DNA of 6,563 nucleotides from a virus (Duplodnaviria; Heunggongvirae; Uroviricota; Caudoviricetes): IMG/VR virus record IMGVR_UViG_2579778702_000004, positions 1 to 6,563 of that record; one strand, 5' to 3'. Shown piece by piece: positions 5,515 to 6,563 of this stretch (position 1 is its first letter; each line of letters starts with the position of its first letter). The notes under the pieces were generated by a model. It saw only the letters and a program-made list of their open reading frames with translations, ran no database searches and was not told where the DNA came from. The position numbers and the translations under genes were made by a program.

Positions 5515-5895
5515 TTACTTTTTTAGCAGCCAGTCGTCCATCTCCAGTCTTACCCCCAGCACAGACAAACATCCGTCAATAAACCCTTCGGCTATCTGCA
5601 TCTCAATTCGTATTGCTTTTTCGCTTTTCTTTCTCGTCCTGGCTATCTGTCTTTTTGATATTCGCAACAAATAATGAGCAATGAGAAGCGAATACTCCTC
5701 TGGTTTTTTCTGCTTCAGACGAGCAAGACAGTTTTCAATGATAAGTCCGTCATCATCGCAGCAGGCCGGACGTGGTTTAGTGGCAGATGGTAAAAGTCCT
5801 TTGAATCCGGCAGCGATCGGAGAATAGTCCACCCCGGTGTTACCACTTGCAGCCCATGCCCCCCAGCGTTCGAGAACCATCTGAATATCACGCAT
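5515..5895 (-). CDS. Q: Late-gene antiterminator Q (QuuD / phage 21-82-type Q family)
   Basis: ATG at 5893-5895 with GGAG Shine-Dalgarno 7 nt upstream; TGA at 5515-5517. MRDIQMVLERWGAWAASGN...IAAGFKGL...CCDDDG...RLEMD matches the E. coli DLP12 QuuD protein as recalled (MRDIQMVLERWGAWAA...SIAAGFKGL...CCDDDA...RLEMD). The ORF-track start at 5910 is a TTG codon. Confidence 0.85.
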   Translation of the reverse strand: MRDIQMVLERWGAWAASGNTGVDYSPIAAGFKGLLPSATKPRPACCDDDGLIIENCLARLKQKKPEEYSLLIAHYLLRISKRQIARTRKKSEKAIRIEMQIAEGFIDGCLSVLGVRLEMDDWLLKK

Positions 5896-5912
5896 CAACT
5901 TTCTCCACAAAA

Positions 5913-6563
5913 TCAGGACAGCACACCAATCGCCAGCGCGCGATCGATAAAACGAAATATCAGCTCCAGTTGGGAACCATACTTCTCTTCAAATGCCACG
6001 GTATCCGCATGTAGTTCGTCATGGTGTTTTCTGCACAAAGGCAACACAAAAAGGTCATGCGCTTTTGTACCCATTCCACCCTGACCATGACCAATCAGGT
6101 GATGAGGATCGTCGGCTGGCTTACCACAACATGCACACGGCTGCGTCTTAACCCAGCGCGTGTACTTTTCATTAACCCAGCGACGACGTTTTGGGCGTAA
6201 CATAAAAGACTCCGGCGACTCCGGATCCACTTTCAGCGCCAGCACCTTTTTCGCTTTATCCTGGATGATGCTGGTGGCAGGAACCGAAGGCACAAGGTCA
6301 CTTTCCCGGGTGACAGACGGCACAACAGGCTTCGGTAATCTCAGTGCCTTACGGGCTGCACTTTCCGGTAAGGCATCCGCCAGGTCATTACGAATCAGCC
6401 ACCAGCACAGTTCCGGCATTGTCACAACGTGACTGTCATCAAAACCGAGATCCCGACGCACAACAGACAACACCCAGCGGGCACAGTTATCCGTTGCCAT
6501 TGATTCCAGCCGTTCCGTGAACTGATCGCGCAGCTGGTTATCGCAGTGCCAGCACAGACGGAT
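5913..6563 (-). CDS. Cys/His-rich nin-region protein (NinG/DUF968-like, HNH-type motif); reading frame open to the window edge, probably 5'-partial
   Basis: TGA at 5913-5915. C-terminal motif CACCGKPADDPHHLIGHGQGGMGTKAHDLFVLPLCRKHHDELH resembles DUF968/YdfU-type proteins found just upstream of Q in lambdoid prophages (from memory). No in-frame stop between the first ATG (6498-6500) and position 6563, so the true start may lie beyond the window. Confidence 0.55.
   Translation of the reverse strand: MRLCWHCDNQLRDQFTERLESMATDNCARWVLSVVRRDLGFDDSHVVTMPELCWWLIRNDLADALPESAARKALRLPKPVVPSVTRESDLVPSVPATSIIQDKAKKVLALKVDPESPESFMLRPKRRRWVNEKYTRWVKTQPCACCGKPADDPHHLIGHGQGGMGTKAHDLFVLPLCRKHHDELHADTVAFEEKYGSQLELIFRFIDRALAIGVLS

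Noticed and set aside
5492-5674. Plus-strand ORF 5492-5674
   Set aside because: Antisense to the Q gene. Ser/Ile/Phe-rich translation characteristic of the reverse strand of a real gene.
6160-6432. Plus-strand ORF 6160-6432
   Set aside because: Antisense within the Cys/His-rich nin-region gene, with no translation signals.
1-6563. CRISPR array, IS element or integron features
   Set aside because: No direct-repeat/spacer periodicity, no terminal inverted repeats flanking a transposase-like ORF, and no integrase or attC-like structure were seen.

Overview
This window reads as the late-regulatory, cargo and lysis segment of a lambdoid (phage 21 / Stx-phage-like) prophage of Escherichia coli, with every credible gene on the minus strand. 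In transcription order (high to low coordinate): a Cys/His-rich NinG/DUF968-like protein (open to the window edge), the Q antiterminator (QuuD-like), a short intergenic region with an intrinsic terminator (candidate tR'), a small winged-helix-like ORF with its own terminator, a perfect palindrome carrying Chi on both strands, an orphan YhdJ-like N6-adenine DNA methyltransferase, the tRNA triplet ileZ-argN-argO, an AT-rich cargo island with one unrecognised ORF and a 28-aa hydrophobic peptide ORF, a frame-disrupted nanS-p-like sialate O-acetylesterase, a terminator, an S21-type pinholin with dual start, and the start of a DUF1327 (YdfR-like) gene. The backbone matches Stx-converting phages, but no stxA/stxB is present; the toxin position is occupied by the AT-rich cargo, which is the best candidate for something undescribed. 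All identifications are from reading the sequence and recalled family knowledge; no searches were run.
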